From assembly GCA_048013815.1 (NCBI GenBank), contig CM106585.1, positions 21,390,001-21,454,000 of the forward strand: a stretch of 64,000 nucleotides of DNA, in the 5' to 3' direction. The position numbers and the translations under genes were made by a program. This document shows positions 25,936 through 37,626 of the stretch, one piece after another; within the stretch, counting starts at the first letter, position 1, and each line of letters begins with the position of its first letter. Origin of the DNA: Setoptus koraiensis. Its lineage: Eukaryota; Animalia; Arthropoda. A model generated the notes under the pieces. That model did not search any database and was not told the DNA's origin. It was given only the letters and a program-made list of their open reading frames with translations.

Positions 25936-28103
25936 TCTATGCAAGCAAGTGCCAGTGACAAGAGCTCAGTGACCTAGAGCGATTCGCGCACTGCTCTCTC
26001 TCGCGCAAGCCACTAGTCGCTATAAGCTACTTAGTTGTGGCGTCGGTGTCGTCGTCGTCGGTGGCGTCGTTGTCGGTGTCGCCGCCAGATAATTGTTGGG
26101 CTCTTCTCGCACTGTGTGTGTGTGTCGCTAGGTCGCTATGTCACTACGTCGCTAGGTCGCTAGGTCGCTAGGTCTCTGTGTGACCTCGCGCAAGCGGATA
26201 TCTGGTTTGGGAGCAACACTTGTCTCTTTGCGCGTGTGTATGCGCGTGTGAGTATCGATGTGTGAGTGTCGGTGTGTGTGTCGGTGTGAGTGTCGGTGTG
26301 TCGGTGTGTCGGTGTGTGTCGGTGTGTGTGTCTGTGGGTGGTCTGGTCGGCCAGGTGAGCTGCTGGCGCCGGTAGCATGTAATCATTGATACAATCAATA
26401 TAATCAAACGTTTATCCGTTTGCTGGCTGCTTGTGTGCGAGAGGCGGATATGTCGCGGCTTGCGTGATGCTATTTTTGTTGCTAATCGTTGTCTAATCGA
26501 TGCGAAATTGCGCCCCACTCTAGCTCGGGCATTTATGCAAATGTTGGCCCTGAGCGATGGTGCTAGCGAGCGGCAGCAGCCAGACAGCCAGCGACAGACA
26601 GAGAAAGATACAAAAAGATACAAAAACAGAAAGCGAGCGGGAGTAAAAAACTGAGTGCAGCGTCTCTTGTTTATAACGCAACTTTGTGACACAAACACTC
26701 TATCTATCCGCTTGTCTATAATATATGAGATATATAAGATATATTATCATCGTCATGATCGTCGTTATCATCATTATTCAGCATGAGCCGGCCGCTCTCT
26801 TAATGCATCATTGTCGCCCACTATCTTGGCCGCTGTTGGCGCTGTCTAACTGTCGCTGGCTGGCACAGCCATTGTGTCATTGGGCGAAACGTTAGTATTT
26901 AGTTCATTTAGTCGACGCCTCCAATTATAATCGTTGGCGCAGCGAGCAGCGGCAATATTGCGCAGCCATTAGGCGCGTTGTGGTTGGCGTTGTTGCCGCT
27001 GTTGTTGCTGCTGTTGTTGCGGTTGTTGCCGTTGCCGCCGTTGTTGCCGGTTGTATCTGTGCGACTAATTTCGGCGAGCTCATTCAAGTGACAATTGTAA
27101 CAGCACATATGCAAATGACGTGCCTCTTCCGCTTTCGCTCAATGACATGCTCGCATGATGACTGATCCTATTACTTGATTAGCTAAGCCGCGCTTGTCGC
27201 AATTGTCGTTGTCGTTGTTGTTGCTGTTGTTGCCGTTGTTGTTGCTGTTGTTGCTGCTTATTAGCGAATTGCGAATTGCTGTGTGAGCACTCATCTAAAT
27301 CTAGATCGTCATCTAGTTCAACGGCAGCGCAAACAAAACACTGTTGACATACTGCTGGCACTGTTGAGAGCGCGTGCTGTTACACACAAAACTTGCTAAA
27401 TGCAGCGCCCTCTAACTTTTAGACTGTCTAACTATTATGTTGAACACTTGTGGTGAATGCACTTGCCGCTTGCCACTTGCCGCCACTTTCTGTTGCATGA
27501 CGAGAATTTATTGTCCTCTATGTCACTTATAACTCTTATATCGCTATGCGTTGCAGCTGTTTTGTGACGGCCGCCAGGCGGCGATTGCAGGTAGGATTAG
27601 CGGAACACAATTAAAGTTGATGTTGTTGTTGTCGTTGTTCACTTGCACGTGAGACGTGTGTCATCGCAGCGGGCCCCCTATCGGACGTGTGAGTTGTATT
27701 GGTGCAGCTATGTGTGGCGGCTCGCTTGCGGTCACTAACTGGCGTTGGTGCGACTGACTGGCGGTCGCTTCTGTGACTACTAATGCGATCACTGCCAACT
27801 GTCACTGATCAGCGCCCACCGACAAAACCATCAAGATCAACAGCCAAACAACAACGGCAACAACAACAGCAACCAAACACTGCACATTGTGTGCGTGTGC
27901 GTGTCGTTGCGCATGCAAAAGTCGCGCGCAACAACAATAACTGGGCCCCAGTTAGCGCACTGCACGAACGCAAACCAGCACTGGGGCGCACTGCACAGTG
28001 TCGTGCATACAGCAATATGTGCCAGTGGCTATATAAACAGCACAAGCTGCATATCGCACACATATTGTTTGGGCGGGCGCATGCGCTTGTGTGCGCGCAA
28101 ACG

Positions 28104-28175
28104 GCAAGCCAGTTAGCGAGCCAGTCGGCGAGCCAGTCGGCGAGCCAGTCGGCGAGCCAGTCGGCGAGCCAGTTA
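28104..28175. repeat. 12-bp tandem repeat (GCGAGCCAGTCG) x6
   Basis: Directly visible. Confidence 0.95.
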
Positions 28176-29462
28176 CAACGGCCAACTGGCCGGCCACTTG
28201 GTGTATAAATATACATTTTTGTGTGTACGACACTGATACTCGCGTGTATGCGGGGTACACGTGGGGCATGTGTGGGGCATGTGTGGGGTACGTACGCGAT
28301 TTTGGGGCCAAGTGTGTTTTAAAACTGTTCACTGTGACAGGTTTGCAGCGGCACAGCTTAATCAATCAATTGTTTTGTCACACATGTATCACTGTGCGGC
28401 GCTGTTGTCATGGCAGCCCGGTGCTCGTGTGCTTTATCTCTGTGCTACATGGCACAGTCTGTATGTAGTCCATGTGACAGCCAACTAGGGCCTCCCATCA
28501 TGGCGGTTCCGTAGCCAGTGCGGCTGTTTCGTCATGCGGCAAGTCGACGAGCTTTCCGCCTGGCAAGACAGTTTGTCGCGCCAACGGCACAGACGCAAGC
28601 CGAGCCGCACTCCGAGCGAGCACGGTTGGCTGGCGTGTATGCACGAGCCGTGTAGGGTTCGGTGGCAAGGAGACGCGCAAATCACCGAAGCCAAACCGAG
28701 TTTTGCTGGCTGGTCGGCGTCGCGACACACAGTTTGGCGCCAAACAAGCACCAGCTACCAGTTACGCAACCAGCTACCAGTTACGCAACCAGTAACCAGT
28801 CACTGACGGCCAGTGCGCGCTGTTGGCGCGCCGACCGGGCGACAGGTGAGTCGCCGACCGGGCGACCGGTGAGCCGCCGGCCAGACGCGGCTGAGCCGAC
28901 GACAGGTGAAAAAGCGGAGACGCGGCCGCGCGGCAGCGATCGGCGCGCACGAGGGGCCCCAAATATTCATGGGCGCGCGCAGGTATTCATGCAAACAAAC
29001 GCACGCGATACACGCAAGACAGCGCACATCCGATGGGGCCCGTGTGGGGCCGCTTGCACGAGCCGCCCGGATCAGTCCGACGGCCCCCTATCGGCGGGTT
29101 ATCGGCGGGTTATCGGCGTGCTATCGGCGTGTTATCAGCGCGCTAGATGCAGCCTCAGATTAGGCGGGCGCTGTGGGCCCGCAATCTGCAATCGCGCCAC
29201 CTCCGGGCAACCACAACACGACGAGTGCACGCGCTGAACACTGTGCGCTGCGCTCGCTGCACGCGCACAGCGTCGGTTTGGTTGGTGGTTGGCGGGCTGG
29301 GGCCATTGGGGCCCGTGGGCCAGCGACAAGCATGACTTGCGATGTCACCTGTGCCGCGTGCGTGTGCGTGTGTGTGTCAAACATTAACAAGTCGTTCGGT
29401 GTGCTGGTGCTGCCACCACCGACCAGCGGCGACCGGCAGCCAACGCGCCGAGCCCGGCAAAG

Positions 29463-29610
29463 TCGACAAAGTCAGCGCTCGACAAAGCCAGTCGCTCGAC
29501 AAAGTCAGCGCTCGACAAAGCCGGCCGCTCGACAAAGTCAGCGCTCGACAAAGCCGGCCGCTCGACAAAGTCAGCGCTCGACAAAGCCGGTCGCTCGACA
29601 AAGTCAGCGC
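29463..29610. repeat. 33-bp higher-order repeat (16+17 bp subunits sharing TCGACAAAG) x4.5
   Basis: tcgacaaagtcagcgc alternates with tcgacaaagcc(a/g)g(t/c)cgc. Confidence 0.95.
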
Positions 29611-31145
29611 GGCCGTTATTCAATTGTGGCGCCGCAAAACGCCCGACGCTGGCCAGTTGCGACAAACGCCGCTAATCGGCGTTCTATTTTGGGGCCGACG
29701 TTCGGGCGCGCCCGGCGGTTCGTTCAACTCGCGCGCCTCGTCGCAGAGCGACAGACGTGTTATTATCGGGCGCTCGGGCGGGCGCTGATAATAATAAGCA
29801 GATGCATAATCAAATGCGCATCGCGTCGGTCACAACCGGGCCGCTCTCATAAGCTGCTGACGGGGCAAGCGGCGGCCCAGTTTATGATGGTGCCTCGATC
29901 ATGCTGTCCGCTGGCGGCCGATAAAGCCCCTGCGCAGTGCCCTTGGATAATGCCCCCGGATAATGCGGCAAGACAACGGGTAGGCGCTGTGAGGGCGGGC
30001 CCGGCTGCCGGATCGAGAGCTCGGCTCAGTCCGGACCGGACCAACCAATGAAAGCAAATGAGCTCGTGTGCGGGCGGCCGGCCGGCCGGGCGCCAACAGG
30101 CGGCGTCAGCAAAATGCAATCTGAACCGCTAGCCCGTCCAGCCCGCACCACTCACCGGTTGGCTGTGAATCGCCAGCCGCAAATCTGGGCTGGCGAGCGG
30201 CGGGCCCCGTCGTGCCGTTGCGCATCACCTAACGGTACGGCAGCGCGTAATGTTACAGTCCGTGCGGGCAGGCCATATAAGCCGCCAGTATAAATAGCAT
30301 CGGATATATATATATATATTCACGTGTGACTTCGCCCGCCGCCGGGCCACCTGATCGCGGGCCAGCCTGATGAGGCGTGACTTGCGTGAGTGAGGTGCCG
30401 AGTTATTGCGGCCAAACTGAGCCGCGCCGCTGCGGCCCGATTTGTGCCGGATTATGCCGGATCCGCTCGCCAGGCGCACTCAACGTAACGTGTCACACGA
30501 GCCGTTGTGTTGTTTTTTCATAGTTGTTATTATGCAACTGGACACAGTGGCCCAAAATAGCAAAACAGCCAAATGGGCGCACGGCCAAACAGCTCGTGGG
30601 GCCAAAAGTGACAAGCTGAGCCGGGCAAAACTTGTGAGATTGGTTGCTCCTGTTGCAAGTACAAGTGCAAGTGAGTTGGTGTGACAATTATGATGGATCA
30701 GATTGCCGCGGCCAGGATGGGGCGCCGCACGAGCGGCTCAAGTCTAGTTAACTTTGCAGCGGGCCCGTCTAAATGATGAAGTGATAAATTAAATGATTTG
30801 CACCATCGCTCAGCGTAACGAGAGCAACGCCGGGCCGGACCGGCCAGCAGCGCAAACAGGAAACGAGGCGCCTTTTTTGTTTATTTTATTTTATTCTCAT
30901 TTCCTCTTTCTCTTGAATTTAACTCGCTGCTCGGGCCTCATTTATTATCGCGCTCGCCAGCGTTCGGCTCGCCAGCGTTCGGCTCACTAACATTCAGCTC
31001 GCGCACACGAAATCACTGCCGGCGCTGCTCAATTGCAATCTACTCAATTTAATCAGACTGTTCTCGAAAACCACTACACGCCGCCACTTCGAGCGTGCAC
31101 AGACTTGCGTCAGACCGGACCGATGCAACGCGAGGGCCCCCCCCC

Positions 31146-31221
31146 CAAACTGGATAAACCCAGTGATCGCAGGGCCGACACAAAGCCAGATATAAAGCTA
31201 TCACTGGGTTTATCCAGTTTG
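31146..31221. ncRNA. Perfect 22-bp inverted repeat with a 32-nt loop (candidate pre-miRNA, hairpin RNA or cruciform)
   Basis: CAAACTGGATAAACCCAGTGAT (31146-31167) is the exact reverse complement of ATCACTGGGTTTATCCAGTTTG (31200-31221). The inverted repeat is directly visible; its identity as an RNA gene is unproven. Confidence 0.35.
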
Positions 31222-31823
31222 TCGCTCGGCCCGATGCTCGTTGGCTGGCGCTGGTTGGCGCTGGCCGGCGCTGGCTGGTGTGATTTAATTTGAGCTGAGC
31301 TGTTGACTCAACAGTGTTGAGTTGTTTGCAAACGCGCGCCACATCAACAGCCAACAAAGCCAATGATTGATGACCGCAAGCTTGCCAGCGTGTGACATTG
31401 TGAGCCGACAATAAAGATGCCACAACAATATCGCACACATATTATATAACCAGCATATTGAGCCGGTGAATCGAGCGAAAAAACCAGTCGCCTGTCCGAC
31501 GCCAACAGCCAGCCCAGGTGGCGCCCTTTCGTCGGGCTCCTCTCGCCAGGCTATCCGAATTGCTAATTACTATTCAGTAGATTGAGGGGCCCATTGTTGG
31601 CACAATCAATCACAACAAATCTCGCTCAGCTCGCAAGTCTGTATGGGGCCCCAAAATGAAAAAAAGAACAGAAAGAAAAAAAAATTGAAATTTGGCATCG
31701 CACAAGTACGAGTTAACACACTGGTGACTGGTGACGAGTGTTTGGAAATTCAATTTTCAATGCAACTCGAGCCGTTCAATGGAGCCCGCCGAATTGAATG
31801 AATCTCCAATTGACAAATCTCGA

Positions 31824-31860
<37 letters not shown>

Positions 31861-34800
31861 CTCTCTGGATCGTAATTGTGGCCTCGACAAAATGCCAACG
31901 CTGCTGGCCGCCGCCTTATCCTTTATCCTTTAAATGTCGGGGCCTCAATGTCAATAACACTCAAGTTGACAATACCTGCACCATGGCACCATTTCAAAAG
32001 GTGCACCACGTCATATGGGCGATATCTTTTGAGCGAGCAATCGCCATCTCACGCACTGTCGCACATATTTATGTGCGAAATAGGGGCATTAATAGCGCGG
32101 TGATGCACGCCAGTGCCGAACCCATTGCTCGCCAGACCAGATATTTTGTTGAGAGAATTTTCTCTTCTGTTTGAATTGGTGCCTCGCGAACGTCCCGGCC
32201 TGACGCAGCACGATAAAACCGATTATTTCCGGCCATCTGATGCGCATCCGATGGGGGCAAACGCACGCTAATGCGACCTGCTTGCGACGGAATCATTTTT
32301 GTGTCTCGTCGATAATCAACGGCGCCGATTGTTTGTTTCAATGGGCGCGGGCTGCAACAACAGCTAGCGACAAGAGGGGCCCCAAACAAGCCAGTTTCCG
32401 CAAGCGACCAGCTATTGACGTTGATGCGTCCAAAGTTTGCTCAGCATGCGCGAAATGCCCCAAACAGTGTCCAGTTATCACTGTCGACGCGTCTAATTAT
32501 CAGTGTCGACATGTCCAGTTATCAATGTCCAGTCATCAGTGTCCAGTTACCAATGTCCAGTCATCACTGTCCAGTTATCACAGTGTCAGTGCAGATTGCG
32601 CAGCGCTGTTGGCACGCTGGCACAGACTCGCCGCTTGGCACAGACTCGCCGCTTGGCACAGACGCTGGCCGGAAAATAGCGCCGGTATGCGGCGAGCGAA
32701 CGTGTCTGAAATGTCTTATCTGTCATGGTGAGCGGCCACTGGCGCCCCCGTCGATGATGTCGGTGATGTCGCTGCTGTCGCTGCTGTCAGTGGCGCTGCT
32801 AGTCAATCTATGCGGCGCAATCAATATGGCGGTCAGAGAAATAATGGCTGGCACGAATGAACACAAATGAATAATAAAATAATTAAATGGCCAATGGCCA
32901 GCCACTGGCACAAACCGGCAACCCTGGCGGAACGTGTTGGTCGCTCGCCACGGGCTAATGATGCGGCCGGCTCGACGTGCGGGCCGCGCGAGGCCCACGG
33001 GACCCCGAACCAGACCAGACACACTCACCTAACGAACCGAACGCACCTAACGAACCTGCCGACGTACCCGTGCGGCCTTCAGCTAACCTGCGCCGAACCT
33101 GTGCGAACTCGGTAATTGCGGCAGTGGCGGCGGTGGCGGCAGTGGCGGCTAACCCGACAGGCCCGACGAGCCCGACTGGCCGGCTGAACATGGCAAATCT
33201 AACACGGCAGCCGTGACGCAACGTTCACGTCACACAGCTTGTCATGGGTGTACTTGTGGTCGACACTTGTATCGCGGACGCCAGCAGACACGGGCGGCCA
33301 CGGGCGGCCGCGAGCGGACACGAGTGGCGGTTGATGCGGTTGGCAGTTGATGCGGCCGGCGCTGCACTTGATACACTTGTAATTCACTCGACGTTGCGAG
33401 ATAAGCCCACACTCTGGGCGCCAAAATGAACTGCCAATGATATCAAATGAGGGCCAAATTATTTATTTTGTGCAGCGCGCCACTGGCATGTTTATCGTGG
33501 CCAGCGCTGGATAAATAACGGACGGCCGTCGAAATTAATTGGCCAGCCCGGCGACCGGCACCGGCCCGTGGCGCAGGCCAAGTGTCGGCCCGAGCGGGCA
33601 TAAATAAGGCCAGCGTTGGCCGCAATTATAACTAGCTGCACTTGTTATTAAATCCGCCCGCCGCCAGTGACAGGAATAACAGTTAGTTTCGGTGCAGCCA
33701 CCAGCTTGTGATTGAGCGGGTTTTGTTTCGCGTTTTGTCGGTGGCGCCGCACGCGGTTGTCGGTGGCGCCGCGCGCGTCCGTCGGTCGTGTCGCACTTGT
33801 CGCGCTGTTTGCGGTATCGCCGGGATATCGGGACACAAAAAAATGAATCACAAGTGCCGACGCGAGCGACTTGCAATTTTTTGTGCGACGCGCGGGCCCG
33901 CGGCAAGGCGCGATATGTCGCCGCTCAGTGTAAACGGAGCGCAAATACAAGCGCATATTGTGCGCAACACAATAATACTCTCCGCGACTCCCTCGTGCGT
34001 CTGGCGCGACACCCGCGACCCGCACAAGAAGGTAGCGAGCGGTTAAATGTCGCTAATGGAACACTGGCTGTCTCTGCCGGTCATATCCGGCCAGTGCGCG
34101 AACGGAGCTAGGTCGCCGGGGCACTCGCTGCGCTTGCCGGTTAGCGGAAAGTGGCGCCCGTGTGCGGGCCTCGTGCGGGCCGTGTGCGGGCCGGAAACAA
34201 GAGGCGGCGCACAATCGCAATCAAGTCACAACATTTGCGATTTGCGAACACTGTTTCTAGCGCCAATTTTCCTTCTAACTGTTGTCGTCGTTGCTGTTGT
34301 TGCCGTCGTTGCTACAACAGCGGCAGCGGCAACGGCGACTGCAATTATAAACGCTCTCGGTTCCTCGGAATTGCGCTCATCCGTCAAGAGCCAGCGTTGC
34401 GAACGCTCCATGTCTGTGTGCGAGAGTGTGATGAGGCCTCACTTGAGAAGCTTCACTGCTCGCTAGGAATTATCTCTCTCCTTGTCTCTAATTCTTAAGT
34501 GCTAGCCAATAGCGGAGAGATACAAATTAATAGCGCCGCCAGTGAGCGAGTCGCTATAGACAGTTGGCAAGATTTGCCGCATGCTGCCGGGCCCGCGAGC
34601 CGCCCATAGCCGGCAAAAATATTCAATTTACAATCAGCAGCGACTACTTTGGCTCGCTCGCGGCCTCTTGAGCACAGGAGAAGCGCCGAGTGAGCGCCAG
34701 AGAACGACCGAGAACGACAAAGAGGCACAGAGAACGGCAAAGAGGCACGGAGAACGGCAAAGAAGCACGGAGAACGGCCGAGAACCGCAGAGGGCGGCGA

Positions 34801-35970
34801 AGAACGGCAGAGAATCGCAGAGAGCGACGCAACGAAATTCCTTGTGGGCTAATCAACGGCGACCGCAAACAGCCAATAACTCGAACATAGTGACACATAC
34901 ACGACACTGCCACAGATAGCATCACTATTTTGCATACTGCTACTATGTGCACCGTTGCGGATGGCGACATTTTTCAGTTTGCGTTGACTCGACTCGCGAG
35001 CTCCACTTGCCGGCGACTGCCAGCGACTGCCAGCGACTTGCCGGCGACTTGCCAGCGACTTGCCGAAGACGAGTTGTCAGCCAGTCGGTCTTCGGCAGTC
35101 ACGTAATTGTGCTCGCTGTGAGTGCAAGATGTCAGTTATTATCCAGTCGACATTCTTTCGAATTTGCTCGTTGTTGTGCGCTGTTCTCTTTGTCGTGTTG
35201 TCACATTTCCACACAGACAGCTAATGGAAAAAAAAATTTGCTTGTTTTATAGCGAAATTACAAGCAAATTTACAAGTTCACCGCTAATCACGCAAATGGC
35301 GCCATTACAAATACACGCGACACAATTATCTATCCTATCGTACCAATTTGTGTTGCCAATTTGTCTAGACAGTGGCGAGCCGCGATGCCAAGTCGCGCCA
35401 ACAGGCAGCAAGTCGCCGATATGCTGCCAGACAACTCAACATATCGGCATAATACTTTGCGCATGCCGATAATCATTGCACGATGATAAAACATGATAAA
35501 ACATGATAAATACGTGTCTACAATGCTGTCGAAGTCACTGTTGGCGTCACTAATCATTTGCATATCGCGTAGTTTGCATATTGCACATCGCAGAGTTTGC
35601 TAAGAGTGGCACGCAGCCAACTGCATGTAGATGCGCTCGACAACGCGTTACATCATGTAATTTGCATGCTGCAAAACGCTCTTTGCAACAGGTTCTTGTC
35701 GCTCGCGTTTAATACCGCGTCTGAGACATGGGCAACCGATCACAACTGCATATTATCGCGCCGATATTGGGGCCACTCTGTCGCCCAAACAACTGGCGAG
35801 CCGCTGGCCCAATTACGCGCGTATAATTGGTTTATGCGCACAGCTTCCGTTTCTGCGTTGCTCAGGTGGGTCGGCGCGCTGACCAAGTGCGCTGCTCGCT
35901 CTCGTTTGTGCACAGTTGTGCGCCCGTCGACGCCTGACCACACATGCCCCCAAATCATTTGGGCCAAATG

Positions 35971-36100
35971 TGCTCCATCGCGCTCAATCGTGCCCAATCG
36001 TACCCAATCGTGCCCAGTTGTGCCCAGTTGTGCCTAATTGCGCCTAATTGTGCCTAATTGTGCTTAATTGTGCTCGATTGTGCTCGATTGTGCGCAATTG
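35971..36100. repeat. 10-bp tandem array x13 with stepwise sequence drift (TGCCCAATCG to TGCCTAATTG to TGCTCGATTG)
   Basis: Directly visible. Confidence 0.9.
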
Positions 36101-37587
36101 CGTGTGCGCCCAGCTCGCCCGTCCCAATTGAGCAGAGAGCTCGCCAGCCAGCTCGCCAGTGGCCAGTCGTCGGTGTTGCGTCGTGTGCCGGACGGAGACC
36201 GGCCTACGAGCGGTCAGTTGGTGCGCGTGCGACGAGCTTGCGGATATTACATGTATCATTATGGTGGATATTATGTTTAGTTTATTTATACATTTGTGTG
36301 TGAGTTTTTAGCCGCTATCGTCGGCCAAAAACTGCAACAAGCACCGGCTAATTCCGGCAGGTCGCTCACCTGGGCCCCGTTACCTGTGCGTGCCGCGCGT
36401 AGCTGTATGTAGTTGCATGTTATATATAGCTGCATGTATGGTCTAGTTGGCTATATCTATCTTTTTGTTGCATCTATCACACGCCCGGCGCGGTTATATG
36501 TGGCAAGGTCGCGCAAACACGTACACGCAAACCTACTTTGCATAGCCGGCCTCATGTGGCTCATGTGGCTCATGTGGCTCATGTGGCTCGTGTATCAGAT
36601 AGGTACGATAGGCGGACGGGGGGCGAGTGAAAGTTGAAAGTAGCGAGCTGAGTGGGTCTCGCAATGGGGCCCGGCCAGTAAAAGGCGGGGGCTAGCTGTG
36701 AAAGCTGGCACAGGGGAGCCAGCGAAAGCCAGCGGAAGGGAGGCACGCACAGCATGTCCGTGTTTATGTGTCGTTTGCTCACGCCAAAGACATAAAATGT
36801 TGCCGTTTTGGCACTGGCCAATCAGTTGATACACTCACCGCCAGGGGTTCATTAAGTGGCGGCGGCGCGAGTGCGACTTTTATCAGTGTTCATCAGTGTT
36901 CATCGGGCAGCTTGTTTGTTATCAGCTGTTTGTTGTTGCGCCACAGCCAACAACAATTGCCACAACTCACTTAAATGGGGCCAGTCTCATCACGGGCCCG
37001 CTGTTGTCGGCACTGACCGTTGTTGGGCCGACCGTTGCTGGGCTGGCCGAACGTCTGGCTGGCTGGCCAGCGAACGAGTTGAACGTATCGGCACGAGCAC
37101 GGGCCCAATTGCCACGTGTGACGCTCTTTTGGCGATTTATCTGGGGGGCCCCCCAGATAAAGTTGGCCCCCCGTGCCAGCTACCGCTCCACTGGCCGGCC
37201 GCGTGATGCATGATGCGGCCCCATAACAACTAATATAATCCCCGCCCTTTCGTACGGGCCCAACAGGCACAACATCATTTGTCTCTCGGCCGCTGTGGGC
37301 TCTCGGCAAACTCTGCCGGCCAAACGAACTGGTCGTGCTGGCGTGCTCGAAATGCGGCGCCAAATTTGACGGTGACCTCCGCAATGTAAAGGCTCCACAT
37401 TGGACTGCACAAATTTGTGGCGTCAGCAGCGCCAATAATCGGGGCCCGCGCGATACACGCACAGAAATGGTTGCGCGCTGGTGATTGGCCGCCGCAACCG
37501 CCGCACCGGCACCCCCGCACATACGGCCCACAAAATAATGGCCAGCTCGCTGGCAAACATTATTACATTATTCGCTATATATTTATT

Positions 37588-37626
<39 letters not shown>

